NCBI GenBank assembly: GCA_004022145.1
Contig: RCNU01000001.1
Strand: one strand, 5' to 3'
From: Paecilomyces variotii
Lineage: Eukaryota
Length of the DNA stretch: 64,000 nt
Positions 26,001 through 37,217 of this stretch are shown in pieces (the first letter of the stretch is position 1; each line of letters begins with the position of its first letter). The translations under genes and the position numbers were made by a program. The notes beneath the pieces were generated by a model. It saw only the letters and a list, made by a program, of their open reading frames with translations, had not been told where the DNA came from and did no database searches.

Positions 26001-27390
26001 TAGAAACGCCGAGAGGCTTTTCCCATACACTCCCTCATTCATAATTGCTCGCAACTTACACTTGAACCCATTGGCCTTGGCGAAGATAACGTCCTCCTTT
26101 ACCGTCGATGTGGATGGCCAACGTGTCAACTTGGGCCTCAATCTCAAATTTGAAGCAAAGAAGCAGAAGGTTCTTGGCTACTCTCGCCGTGGTGAGTCCG
26201 GCTGGGAATTTAGCCAAAAGGCGATTGAACTCGTACAGCAATACATGATCAAATTCCCAGAGTTTATAGCTGGGCTACAGCGAAATCCTCAGGGAAATAA
26301 ATACCAACCCACCGATTTCTACCCGGAGGAGATTGCAAACGAGAAGATCAAAGAGATCAGACAATGGCTCAAGGATATTGAAGTCAAGGGGTTTGAACGA
26401 GTGCCACTTGAAGCAGAGCAGCTCGACTCAGATGTTGTGAAGCTCATCGAGCAAGATGCGGACCGTCTGATCCAGAGTCAGCCTCAGGTAGAGGCCAAGA
26501 AGATCAAGGGTGTTCCCCGAGGAGCACTGTTAAAGCCAGCTGATGTGGAGCACAGACTCGGAAACCAAAAGTTTTCTCTTGGTGACCGCGTGGTCTACGC
26601 TCAGGATTCTGGCAAGGTACCCATTGCTACTCGAGGAACCGTCGTGGGCCTTACTCGTACTCCTAGAGCTATCTTACTAGACGTCGTCTTTGACGTCTCG
26701 TTCATGAGTGGCACTTCCCTGGGAGACCGGTGCTCTCCCTTTAGAGGACAAACCGTGATGTCCTCCTCCGTGCTTAACCTGACATATAGACAGCTTACCG
26801 CTAGTACTCGCGCAGCTGCAAATCATCAGGCTCAGCACCAACAGACTCCATTGACCGTCCAAGGATATGGCGCCGCGCTTGGACCTGCAGCACTGGGGCA
26901 GCTGAAACAAGCACCAGCCCCTCCGCCCTTGAGAGGTTCATTCCGTGGTGCTGTTGCCGGACACCAAGGCAACATTAGAGGCGGTCGCGGTGGTCGTGGT
27001 GGTCTTAACGGCGGCCCTGCTTCGCACGCCGAGACGGGCGTATCGCACAACTTGCCTTTCCGTCCTCGCGGTGGTCAGCAGAATGGTGATTTTGCCCCTC
27101 GTGGCAGGGGACGTGGAGTAATCGCCAATGGCTCCCGCGGTGGTCGTGGGCGTGGAGGATATGTGTCTGTCGACAACAGCAATCCTGAAGCTGGTGTCAT
27201 CCAGAACAACCCAAACTTCAAACCAAAGAATTACTCAAATGTGCCTCCACCGGCAAGCATAGGCAATAACAGAGGTGGCAGAGGTGGAAGAGGAGCCAGC
27301 GGACCTCGCGGTGCGGGACGTGGAAACGGACCCAGAGGCAGAGGTGTGAACCGAGGAAGAGGAGCCGCCGTTGCCGGAGCTAGTGCTTGA
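23086..27390 (+). CDS. XRN1: 5'-3' exoribonuclease 1, intronless, with RGG-rich C-terminus
   Basis: MGVPKFFRWLSERYP, LYLDMNGIIH, DGVAPRAKMNQQRARRF, PGEGEHKI, GLDADLIML; Xrn1-specific C-terminal domains (NLGLNLKFEAKKQKVLGY). Confidence 0.98.
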   Translation: MGVPKFFRWLSERYPPISQLIAENRIPEFDCLYLDMNGIIHNCTHKDSDSPTFRMTEDKMFIAIFNYIEHLYGKIKPKKLFFMAIDGVAPRAKMNQQRARRFRTALDAEVAKEKAIAEGVEMPKEDAFDSNCITPGTEFMAKLTQQLKYFINKKISEDVEWQGVDIVLSGHEVPGEGEHKIMEYIRQAKAQPGYDANVRHCLYGLDADLIMLGLLSHDPHFCLLREEVTFGRQNQKKSKELEHQNFYLLHLCIVREYLELEFQDLEVEGALQFPFDMERVIDDFILMAFFVGNDFLPNLPNLHINEGALALMFKTYKEQLPKMGGYINERGTINMERLGILLDSLSDVEYRFFEMEYSDARWVKSKKNGGQETLELQEKPKGLTITPTQKELLKKVKQYVLNRPADTQEIEPLDLPPTLPARDRKFIEQLADDLRLPWTTVLDEHDQRFIRLRLPSKENDENGDNEEDEEDEEEDEEALVALRRVLKKYENAKVQEISAEEAQAAAEKKYEEKFREWKNNYYESKFGWGLDNEEEMRKLTENYVQGLQWVLFYYYRGVASWPWFYSYHYAPMISDVKKGLKADTNFKLGQPFRPFQQLMGVLPDRSKQIVPKVYHELMTSPDSPIIDFYPREFELDMNGKKMEWEAVVKIPFIDEKRLLGAMEKKDKLLSDAERARNEFGVSLKFTYSPSIEFEYPSSLPGVFPDIPHCHCIENIFDLPTMEGLEPYVGLVDGVKLGKAALAGFPTLKTLPHVGQLGFHGVNVFQQESRNESMIVTLLNPESRSNIELAKAKLGQRVYVGYPFLQEALVVRVSDELFDYVLPIGEQHVASVPHTPQQIEQWKKKADKIEAYYSKRLGIITGPVESMVHVQMLKGLLKTDEGATLKEFAEIPGQETDYALQLIVDEVISEDERFMEREALPIEEEFPEGSRAFFLGEFNYGRPVHVTGHENGKVNGLIAAVKGKEPEFGKLHARNAERLFPYTPSFIIARNLHLNPLALAKITSSFTVDVDGQRVNLGLNLKFEAKKQKVLGYSRRGESGWEFSQKAIELVQQYMIKFPEFIAGLQRNPQGNKYQPTDFYPEEIANEKIKEIRQWLKDIEVKGFERVPLEAEQLDSDVVKLIEQDADRLIQSQPQVEAKKIKGVPRGALLKPADVEHRLGNQKFSLGDRVVYAQDSGKVPIATRGTVVGLTRTPRAILLDVVFDVSFMSGTSLGDRCSPFRGQTVMSSSVLNLTYRQLTASTRAAANHQAQHQQTPLTVQGYGAALGPAALGQLKQAPAPPPLRGSFRGAVAGHQGNIRGGRGGRGGLNGGPASHAETGVSHNLPFRPRGGQQNGDFAPRGRGRGVIANGSRGGRGRGGYVSVDNSNPEAGVIQNNPNFKPKNYSNVPPPASIGNNRGGRGGRGASGPRGAGRGNGPRGRGVNRGRGAAVAGASA

Positions 27391-28048
27391 TTGATCAAAC
27401 ATAAGTTTGTGGATATCCCACCACTGTAACTGGCATCGACTGTCCCTTTTCTATACTCATCATGTTGTATATGCTTGAGATGATGCCGGTTTATAAGAGG
27501 ATTTCTGACCAGGCGTGCTCGGATAGCGGTTAGCTATGATGTCTCACATTCTAGTCTCTCCCAGCTGAAATGGGTGCATGTGTTTTCTTTAGCATGTATC
27601 TACCTGTACATTATCAGGCGCGGTCCACAGAAGAATCAGACGAGAAAATGATACTGGCAGGCAGCTTATTCATATACCTGCCTAATGGTATTAAGAAAAC
27701 CGCATCTTTTTCCTAAATTTATTCGGAACAAATAGATCTATAAGCGCATACTACTGCGGCTATAATAATAACCAGTAGACGTACGCATTCCTCGTATTGG
27801 ATAAGGCTGCCACGAAATAGCACGAAGTTCGAACATATCTAAATCATCAAGTGGAGCAACGAACTCGATTCAATTGAATATCAAAAAGATGATGATGCAC
27901 TCTATGAATTCATGCATCCATAATATTGACAACATAACTTTTTCTAATCCTTTTCCTAACCAGGTATATGATAACAAAGAAAGATAACAACGCCAGACGC
28001 AGATGCAAGTGCTGTAGATATACACACAAAGGAGGAATAACCCGTCAT

Positions 28049-30936
28049 TTATTCCAGACCAATCCAATCGCCTTCGTCGCCATCTGCTCCGTCAGCATCA
28101 TCCATGTGCTCGTCCACACCATTAGCGACGGGTTCGCTGTCGTCGATGATCTTCACCACGCCATTCGCGGGTTTCTTTCCTGCCAAGACAGGCTTTGCCA
28201 GTAGATAGTCCAGTTCATAAAGATTCCGCTCGGTCATGCGTTTGATGTTGTCTTGAATGTCATCAACGACCCGCTGGACGGCACGGAGTTCGGTTGCAAA
28301 TGTGCCCGTGTTATCCTTCAGATATCTGCCATGGATACTGAGAAGAGATTCGATCCAAAGCAGGTTGAACTCCAGATGAGGGGTCTCTTCCGCAAAGTTG
28401 GCAACAAAGCGAAGGAGGCGGGGGATGTAGACCGTCGGGAGTGAGCGGACAACATGAGGAATGTCCGTGTGGGGTATCCCCTCATACACTGCGCGAATGA
28501 GGGAGGCCTCGTTCAGTCGGAATGCCATGACCAGAGCCTTCAGGAAAGAGGACTCTTCATCGGGGGTGGACGACGCAGAGGCTTGCTTGGCGGCGTCGAG
28601 CGTAGCAAGAATAGTGGAAGGAGTGATATCAATATCGAGGTCGAAGGGGTCGAAAACAAACTGGGTATCGAGACTGTAGACGAGAAGGCCTTCCGTAGAA
28701 GCAGCGCAGAATGATCGTCCTGCAGGGGAGAAAGCAACTCCTGTTACACGGACATCGGGCCTCGTAGTGCGAGCTGCAGCATCGCCACGCTTGACACCAG
28801 GCAACGTGCGGTCGATGCGATCTTCCAGGTCGGAAGCTTCACCAGTCTCATCTATCAGGCCACGGGGCCCAGCTTCCGTCATATCGCGACTGTTAAGCAC
28901 CTCCTGGGTGCCGTCAAGAGACGTGTTAACGGACACGGTGAACTTCTTCAACAAGGAACCCGTTCCCACATCATATAGACAGATGTACTTGCTGTTTCCT
29001 CCTGCCAAGAGACAACTTCCATCTGCGCTGTAAACGATCTTATTGAATGACTTTGTCCCGGCAGAGTTGGCGGCGGTCCGTCGATCGGATATCTTACGGC
29101 CACCGGAGACATCGCGACGGCCATCAATGATACCTTCTTGAGTAGTGGTCTCCACTATCCAGAACGAGAGTTGTCCATCTAGAGTGGATGCAGCGACTTG
29201 CTTCCCATCTGGGCGGAAAGCCACACTCAGAACGTCGGACATGAGCGGCAAAGGCTCACTGATTTGACTCCTTCCGAAGATGTTCCAGATTCTCACTGTA
29301 TGATCCCAGCTTCCACTGACCAGGTTGCTCCCATCAGCAGAGAATGCCATTGACACCACTGGGCCTTCGTGTCCCGAGAGCTGATCAAGCAGCTGACCGG
29401 TCTGGACGGACCATATATGGATATCGAACGAATCGACAGAGCCGGCACAGACAACCTCGCCGCTGGGGTCGACCGCGAGGGAAGAAAACGACAGCCGCGA
29501 AGGAGCGGTAAAAGTGCGGAAATTTCGGTAGCGGATCATATCCCAGGCTCTGACGGAACCATCCAAAGACGAAGTGAACAGCACATTTCCACGTTTGGAG
29601 AATTCGCAGGCCGTCACTCCGCTAGTGTGCTCGGTGAACGTGACGATACAGAACCCGGACTTCACATCCCACACCTTGATCTTCCCATCATCGGCTGTTG
29701 TGATGATCTTCTGGCCATCCGGGGAATATACCAAAGCGTTCATCGAATCCAAATGGCCCTGTTGCTTAAGGATGTAGGACTCTGATTGCCACTCCCAGAC
29801 AAGCAACTGACCATTCTTCGAGGATCCGAAAGCCAGCCATTCGCCGGACTTGTTGATCGTGACGTTGTCGATATTACTTTGAGAGACACTGGGACAATTA
29901 GCATTGCACGGTAATTTCAAGAATGGATAAGAGGACATACCTTAGCATGTGAATGTTGTTGAAGTCTGGAAGTTCGTAGAGGCCAAAGAGACCATTTGAG
30001 AATCCGACCACCAGAAGATTCGACTTCGCATGGAAAGCCGCACAGTTGACCTTCGCATCATTCTGCATAAAGAAGTCTTTCTTCACGATACGCCAGCGTG
30101 CCTCCGAATCCTCGTCCTCTTCCATGGTGTCACGGTCAATCTTGCGGACATATTGCCACTGGAACAAGGCTCCATCCTGGCTGACCGTATAGATAGACTC
30201 CTGGTCTGCTGAGAAATAAGCTGCCTTCACACCCTGTCTGTGGCCCGCCAAAGTGGTCGGCTCGAAACCATCCTCTGGATCCAAACTCCAGACCCGCGCG
30301 GTCAAATCTTTGGATGCCGTGAGCAAGAACCGCGAGTCACTCGACCATTCTACACTCTGTATCGTGTCAAAGTGTCCTGCGAGATCACGGTGAAGGACGA
30401 ATGGGGCGAACTCCAACTCCCCGTTTGAATCCGCTCCCGGCGTGGAGGGAGTGTGCCATATCTGCAAGCGACGCCCGACTCCCACTGCAAAGTGGCGGCC
30501 TGAGGGAGAGAATGCAAGAGCCGAGACTGGGTTCTTGAAGGTGAAATGGTGGATCGCAATTCTGCGGTGGAAGTTGGTCAGGATCGCACGGCCATTCTCG
30601 TCGACGGTGAGCAGCAGATTTCCTCTTGGCGAGAGGTCTAGACGTGCGATGTTGGTGCGGTGAGTAAACGGGAGCGTATATGAGGTGTTACTACAGCAGA
30701 CGTATTAGCATCCATTGCTTTCCACAGGAAAAGCAGCATGAGCTCCGACGTACTGTACTAGGTCGAACACCGTGACTCTGTTGCCCACTGGGGAGAGCAA
30801 GCAGGTGCCATCCGGCGTAAAGACTAGGTTGCCTTTGCGATACACCGTCCCCAGCAAGTTGGAGAACTAGATACTGTCAGTCGCAAGATCCAGCCCTGAG
30901 CGCATGAGATTGCCTTACCTTGAAATCCGTCTTCAT
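28049..30936 (-). CDS. PWP2: Periodic tryptophan protein 2 / Utp1, SSU processome WD40 protein
   Basis: MKTDFK|FSNLLGTVYRKGNLVF start, WEWQSESYILKQQGH, RYRNFRTFT, FDPFDLDIDITP, acidic tail. Confidence 0.96.
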
Positions 30937-31297
30937 CGTCGCTGGCGTCCTTCACCTTTGTCCTGGACTTATATTAATTCAAAAATTATGATGATCTCGG
31001 CGCAAAACGCGATAAGATAATCCGGCGCCGACAGGAATGCTGCGCGCTAGCCCCCATCTGGCCTAGTGCGATCCGGGGCCTGTTTACTCGCTTCTTTGGG
31101 TCTCGCCCGGCTTCTCCACCGTTCAGGGGCAGCAGAAGAACAACAGCTCTCTCTGTCCATCCAGACTCCTTTCTTCCAGTCTCGTCCTCGTCCCTCCATC
31201 TGCCATCTAGGCTGTCAGCTACTGGGTTCGGGCTGCTTGTATCTTCTTGTCCGCTCTTGAATTGTTGTCATCGGAGCGTCACACTCCCGTCCCCATC

Positions 31298-32807
31298 ATG
31301 GCCCCTTCCACCACTTCGGAGACCGCGTCTCCTATCGGTATTGCCAACGTAAGTTGCTCGTCTGTCCCCCGCGCAAAGAACATGACCGCTAACAGAGATG
31401 TTTTCTAGCTCCCCAACCAGCGGTACGTAATGAGGAACCGCCAGAGAGCGATGGGATGCAGGGAATACTGACGAAGACCGACCAGACACAAGATCGTCGC
31501 TAAACGGGGTGCGGCTTTCACTATTATGGTGAGTGCAATTGCAACAGCACGCGCATAGGGATGCGACTGACATCCATAGGTTGCTGGAGAGTCTGGATTG
31601 GGAAAGACCACATTCATCAACACTCTGTTCTCGACCACCATCAAGAACTATGCCGACCACAAGAAGCGCCACGCCAAGCAGATTGATAAGACCGTCGAGA
31701 TCGAGATCACCAAGGCTGAGTTGGAGGAGAAGTTCTTCAAAGGTATAATAATAATAATGAAAGAATTTGGCAAAAATGGGTGAGATTTCAAGGCTAATAC
31801 GATCGGGTGTAGTGCGCCTGACCGTCATCGACACCCCTGGCTTCGGAGACTACGTCAACAACCGTGACTCGTGGCAGCCCATTATTGAGTTCCTCGATGA
31901 CCAGCACGAATCATACATGTTGCAGGAGCAGCAGCCGCGCCGTACAGACAAGATCGATCTCCGTGTCCACGCCTGTCTGTACTTCATCAGACCCACCGGC
32001 CACACCCTGAAGCCCCTTGATATTGAGGTTATGAAGCGCCTCTGCTCTCGTGTCAACCTGATCCCCGTCATTGCGAAGGCTGACACTCTCAGCCCTTCTG
32101 ACCTGGCTAGATTCAAGCAGAGAGTAAGCAGACCGGAACCCGTTCATATTTTGCCCCTCCATACTGACTTGGATAGGTCCGCGCTGTGATTGAGGCTCAG
32201 GGTATCAAGATCTACCAGCCCCCGATTGAGGAGGATGACGAGCACGCTGCTGCCCACGCCCGCAGCCTGATGGCTGCCATGCCATTCTCGGTTATTGGTT
32301 CGGAGAAGGACGTCAAGACCAACGATGGCCGTGTTGTCAAAGGCCGTCAGTACATCTGGGGTGTCGCAGAGGTTGAGAACGAGGACCACTGCGATTTCAA
32401 GAAGCTCCGCTCGATCTTGATCCGTACCCACATGCTGGATCTCATCCACACCACCGAAGAGCAGCACTACGAAGCTTACCGTGCCGGCCAGATGGAAACG
32501 CGGAAGTTTGGCGAGGCGCGTCCCCGCAAGCTGGACAACCCCAAGTTCAAGGAGGAAGAAGAGGCTCTGCGCAAGCGCTTCACGGAGCAGGTCAAGATCG
32601 AGGAACAGCGCTTCAGACAGTGGGAGCAGAAGCTCATTGCGGAGAGAGACCGTCTCAACAAGGACCTGGAGAGCACACACGCTGCGTATGTTGAAGGTCA
32701 TCCTGGACTAAATCGATTGCATGCTGACTTTAGACAGGATCAAACAACTGGAGCAGGAACTCGAGCAGATGCAGGCCTCGACCGCTCGCAGTCACGGTCG
32801 TCGTTAA
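31298..32807 (+). CDS. CDC12: Septin, Cdc12/AspC group (multi-exon, includes 14-nt exon 31409-31422)
   Basis: [47 protein letters not shown], C-terminal coiled coil RFTEQVKIEEQRFRQWEQ. Confidence 0.93.
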
Positions 32808-33760
32808 GTTGGGATTCTGCGGATTGGAGCTGGATTTGGTGGGACCTTTCTTTGGGGAAGATTATGCATTCGACTCGCCTCTTTATCTTGATTACCCGGT
32901 ATCCTCGTCCTCACTCTGATGGGCGAGAACCACCAAAACTGTTGGGCGATCCCCGCGTTGCCTCCTTTATAGGACATTGCGGTGATGGCTGGTTTCGTTT
33001 TTCTTAACTACCGCTGGTAGCTAGCGATGGTTCTCTACGTCCTTGATAATAACCCCCCTTCGTATACTGTAGCGTGGCAATGCAGACTTTAATTCTTCTT
33101 TCTATCGATCCCTATTCTTCTGCTGCAGAGTTAGATACGGACTTGGCTCTCGAAAGGTGGAGCCTAGTGGCGTCCCTCACGAACAGATGCCCGTGCGATG
33201 GTGGGCCGTGGCGTCGATGCTTTCGACGTTATCCAGCTCAGATATACGTTCACAGGAGGTGGATTCAAGTTCTGGACTGGCAGAGAGGTCCTTGAGAACA
33301 AAGAATCGGATTCGGAGCCCAAGTAGCATAAGTGGTATCAGTCAGCAATAAATGGTGGTATATGAAAGAATTAGGCCATGTTTACTTCTGATATATATCA
33401 AACCTCATTTACGAGAACTAAATCCAGATTACCATTGATTAATGCCTACTTAAACTGAGAGACTATGAGCATCCAAGTAAAACTCACTTCGTAAAATCGA
33501 TACCTAAGTTCCTCGGATTCAACGAGAACAAGGCTATAGGCTCTACACTACAGTACTAGATCAATCCTTGAACTGGGTAGTGGATCTTCATGGTCTTTAG
33601 TTACCCGCGCATCGCGGAGCTTGCGGTGGGTCCTTTGATGGGAACTTTGTTCCGTCGCGAGAGAGCTCATCTTGAACTTTGAGAAGCAACGTTACCCTTT
33701 GCCAACATCTAACACTACGGCTTTCGACACCCTACCAGAAGCTACATCTGTCGAGCACCG

Positions 33761-35004
33761 ATGCCTGCTACAAGACAGTTTCCCACGAAGCTTGTTCATA
33801 CGCTCAAAACCCACAATGGTGAGCTCGCGCAGACCACTCCAGCGAAAGCAATGAATCTGACAGCTCCCATCAACAGGTCCGGTGAACGCAGTCTGCTTTT
33901 CTAGCTACCCGGGCACCTATCTCCTCACGGGCGCATCTGACCGTGCTATCCATCTGTCACGCGCTGTTCCTGCAACCGAATCGTCGTCGCTGGTGGAAAC
34001 CACATCTCCGATTCAGAAGTATGAAGCGCACGGATACACTGTGCTGGATATCGCGGTTGCGGCCGATAACTCGCGTTTTGCTAGTGTCGGAGGCGATAGG
34101 CAGGTGTTCCTATGGGATGTCGAGCAGGGAGGGACGGTGAGGAGATGGGGTGGACATAATGCCAGGGTAGAGGCAGTGCAGTTTGCGGGAGAAGGTGATA
34201 CGGTTGTTGTGTCTGGTAGGTCCTGCGCTGTTTGCTTTCTTGACTACGGTTGGCAGCTTTCAGCGACCCTCTGGATGTCGTGTCCCAACAGTGACGATAT
34301 AAGCTAACGTCTTCCTTACTCAGGGAGTGCCGATACGACCATCAACCTTTGGGATGCCAAATCCAATTCCCACAAGCCCATTCAGACTCTCACTGAAGCT
34401 ACCGATACTGTCTCGAGTCTGTACGTCCATATGCCGACCTATTCTATTGCTGCCGGAAGCTACGATGGGCGCGTTCGTATCTACGATATTCGCATGGGCC
34501 GGACCACAGTCGACGTCCTGGCGCATCCAGTGACTAGTGTACGCTGCTCAAAAGATGGAAATGCTCTGCTAGCATCAACTTTGGATGGGCGGATTCGCCT
34601 GCTCGATCGAGCTGATGGGAAGCTTCTGAAGGCCTTCGGAGGAGAGGACAGTGCGGACAAGGGTCCCAGCATCCCCAGACCAAGATACCGAAACACAGAG
34701 CTACGAATCCGGTCACTCTTTGCAAAGGCTGACGCTGTTGTCTTCAGTGGCAGTGAAGCGACTGATGGACAGGCGTCTGTTTTCGCGTGGGATGTGCTAA
34801 CTGGGGAAGTCATTGCTACTGTGCCTGCTGGTGCTGGGGTCAAAGTTGTCAGCTGCGTAGCCTGGAACGAGAAAGGAGGCTGCTGGGCTGGCGGATGTTC
34901 TGATGGTGAGATCTACGTCTTCTGTTTTCTAGCAGGCGCCGCATGGTCGAAGCTGCTGGGCCTTGACTAACATTATGCCAGGAACGGTGAAAGTATATGG
35001 ATAA
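33761..35004 (+). CDS. WD40 protein, WDR83/MORG1 family (4 exons)
   Basis: THNG|PVNAVCFS, YEAHGYTVLDIAVAADNSRFASVGGDRQVFLWDV, GSYDGRVRIYDIRMG, STLDGRIRLLDRADGKLLKAF. Confidence 0.85.
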
Positions 35005-35297
35005 GTGAGATGCTTCCGGTCTGTGACTTGCATCTCTTGTCGATCCGGGTTCGCGGATGCAGCGACCAACGGCGGCTCACCGCCCGCCCTCGTGCGGATG
35101 ATCTCCGACCACGAGTGACAATGAGCTTCCATTATTGCCTGCCGACATCCTGCAAGACAATGCCCACGTGGTGTTGTTCTGGGCTATCCTGCTACAATCG
35201 GGCCGTGCCATCGGGATATCCAGGTCCTTTTAAACCAGCCATGTCCTAACCATACAGCTACTTGTCCGGTCATCCCACTAGTCGGTCAATAGACAAC

Positions 35298-36353
35298 ATG
35301 CGTCTTTCGTCCGTTTTTGCAGCATGTGCTGTCCTCAGGTCTAGCACTGCGCTAAATCTCACTGTTTCCCGCCCCAATGAGACATTCGTGCCAGGCAACA
35401 AACTGCCTGCCTCGCATGCTACCTCAGACGGTGCCTCGATCGTGGAGCTCTTCACCAACATTGGCCGCTCCACAGCATGGAAGATTGTTTCCAAGACTCG
35501 ATTTGAGGGAGACACGGGTGAACCCGAAGGCATGGTCCGTATAGGTGATGATCGTTTCTTCGTCTCTGCCGGCCAATGGACTGTCCCTACGGTCCACTAC
35601 AATCGGACCATCAACGGCACAGATCGCACAGCAGGAGCGGGATACGCACATATGCTAGTCTATGATGGGCAGGGTAACCGCATCGCAAATGCGACCCTAA
35701 CTGCACCCGGCAACATCGAGTACCATGGCGGAGGCATTGACTACGACGGTCGATACATCTGGATCACACTAGCCCAGTATCGACCAAACACGACCGCCAC
35801 AATCACTCGAATCGACCCTTTGACCCTGGAGCAGACGCGTCTCTTCCGCACTGCAGACCACAACGGAGGCATCGTCCACGATACCATCACCAATAACCTC
35901 GTCACCTTGAACTGGGGCAGCCGCAATGCCACTACCTGGTCCTTGCAGAACTACCCTCACGGCTTCACCCCTCTACCTGGCTTCACTGCCCCAGACACTG
36001 CTATGCCAAACCCTAGCTTCTTTACCGATTATCAGGACTGCAAGTTCCTTGGTCATCACCTACCACCCTCTTCCATTCTGCAGCAATCCAGCATCAACGT
36101 CGAGAATACTAAACGGCCGCTCATGCTCTGCGGTGGTGTTGCTACCATCTCAGACTACAATCTGGGCGGTCTGGCTCTTGTCGATTTGCAAACCATGCTG
36201 CCAGTATGGGAAGTGCCAATGTCCCTGACGAGCGATTTGGGTACGCCCCTAACGCAGAATCCGGTCGACGTCGCAGTCGTAGATGGCAAACTGCGGGTGT
36301 ACTGCCTGCCTGATCAGCATGTATCGACGCTGTATGTCATCGAAGCTGCTTAA
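35298..36353 (+). CDS. Secreted glycoprotein, DUF6454-like beta-propeller, intronless
   Basis: Signal peptide MRLSSVFAACAVLRSSTA, many NxT/S sites; motifs EPEGMVR, YHGGGIDYDG, LAQYRPN, DHNGG, DYQDCK, TQNP recalled from a bacterial/fungal DUF family. Confidence 0.7.
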   Translation: MRLSSVFAACAVLRSSTALNLTVSRPNETFVPGNKLPASHATSDGASIVELFTNIGRSTAWKIVSKTRFEGDTGEPEGMVRIGDDRFFVSAGQWTVPTVHYNRTINGTDRTAGAGYAHMLVYDGQGNRIANATLTAPGNIEYHGGGIDYDGRYIWITLAQYRPNTTATITRIDPLTLEQTRLFRTADHNGGIVHDTITNNLVTLNWGSRNATTWSLQNYPHGFTPLPGFTAPDTAMPNPSFFTDYQDCKFLGHHLPPSSILQQSSINVENTKRPLMLCGGVATISDYNLGGLALVDLQTMLPVWEVPMSLTSDLGTPLTQNPVDVAVVDGKLRVYCLPDQHVSTLYVIEAA

Positions 36354-37217
36354 AGTTAGTGTATAAGTAGTAGATAGATATACTACAACTAATAAAGAAG
36401 GGATATTGCTTCAGAATCAATATGTTATGCTCTGAGGGACTATTGTAAAGTATATACTGCATAATTGCTTTCTTGTTCATTATCTCTCATGTACATGAAA
36501 AAGCACTGGATGGGATGAGGACGTCTTCCACATGGATAAAAAGACAATTTCTGATTAAGGTACATCAATAAAGAACCAGAATGCATACTGACTGGAGCAG
36601 TAGTTCCTTGTTATCGGTATAATCGCTTGAAAAGAGCAAAATATGACAGCGAGGGGTATCCATTCGTGCTATCATTCCCAAGAGAAGATTGCCTTCCGGA
36701 GATGAGAAATCATTCAAACAGGCTATGCAACTTGCTCAAAAATCGACGTTTGGACAGAAACGGGCGAAGGGATTAATCAGAAACTGTGAAGCCAGGAAGA
36801 AAGAATATTCTGAGTCTTGAAGCAGACTGGTGTTGGATCTTTTGAGGCACATCAAGAAGAGAGGAGATGTTTGATATATATATAAGAGAATCGAAAACAC
36901 ATCAGATAGAATGTAAATGGCCTTAACTTTTTGTTTACCGTCCCCTTAGCGCCGTATTCTTATATGCAACTCTTTTTATGCTTCCCATTCTGACGTCACG
37001 GGTATGCGTGTAACATGAATTCATCAGCTGCATTGGCAGTTGGTTTTGCTCGCTTGCAAGATCATCTCCAGTGGATCACTGTTGTCAACCTGTGACAGCA
37101 GAAGAGTGGCAGAGCGGAGTCTTCTGATCAGAGCATCGTGGCCCTAACAAGAGCGTATCTCTGCGGTAAAGACCCAACGTTCAAGGGAGATATGATCCCC
37201 CCAAATTTCTGCCGTAA

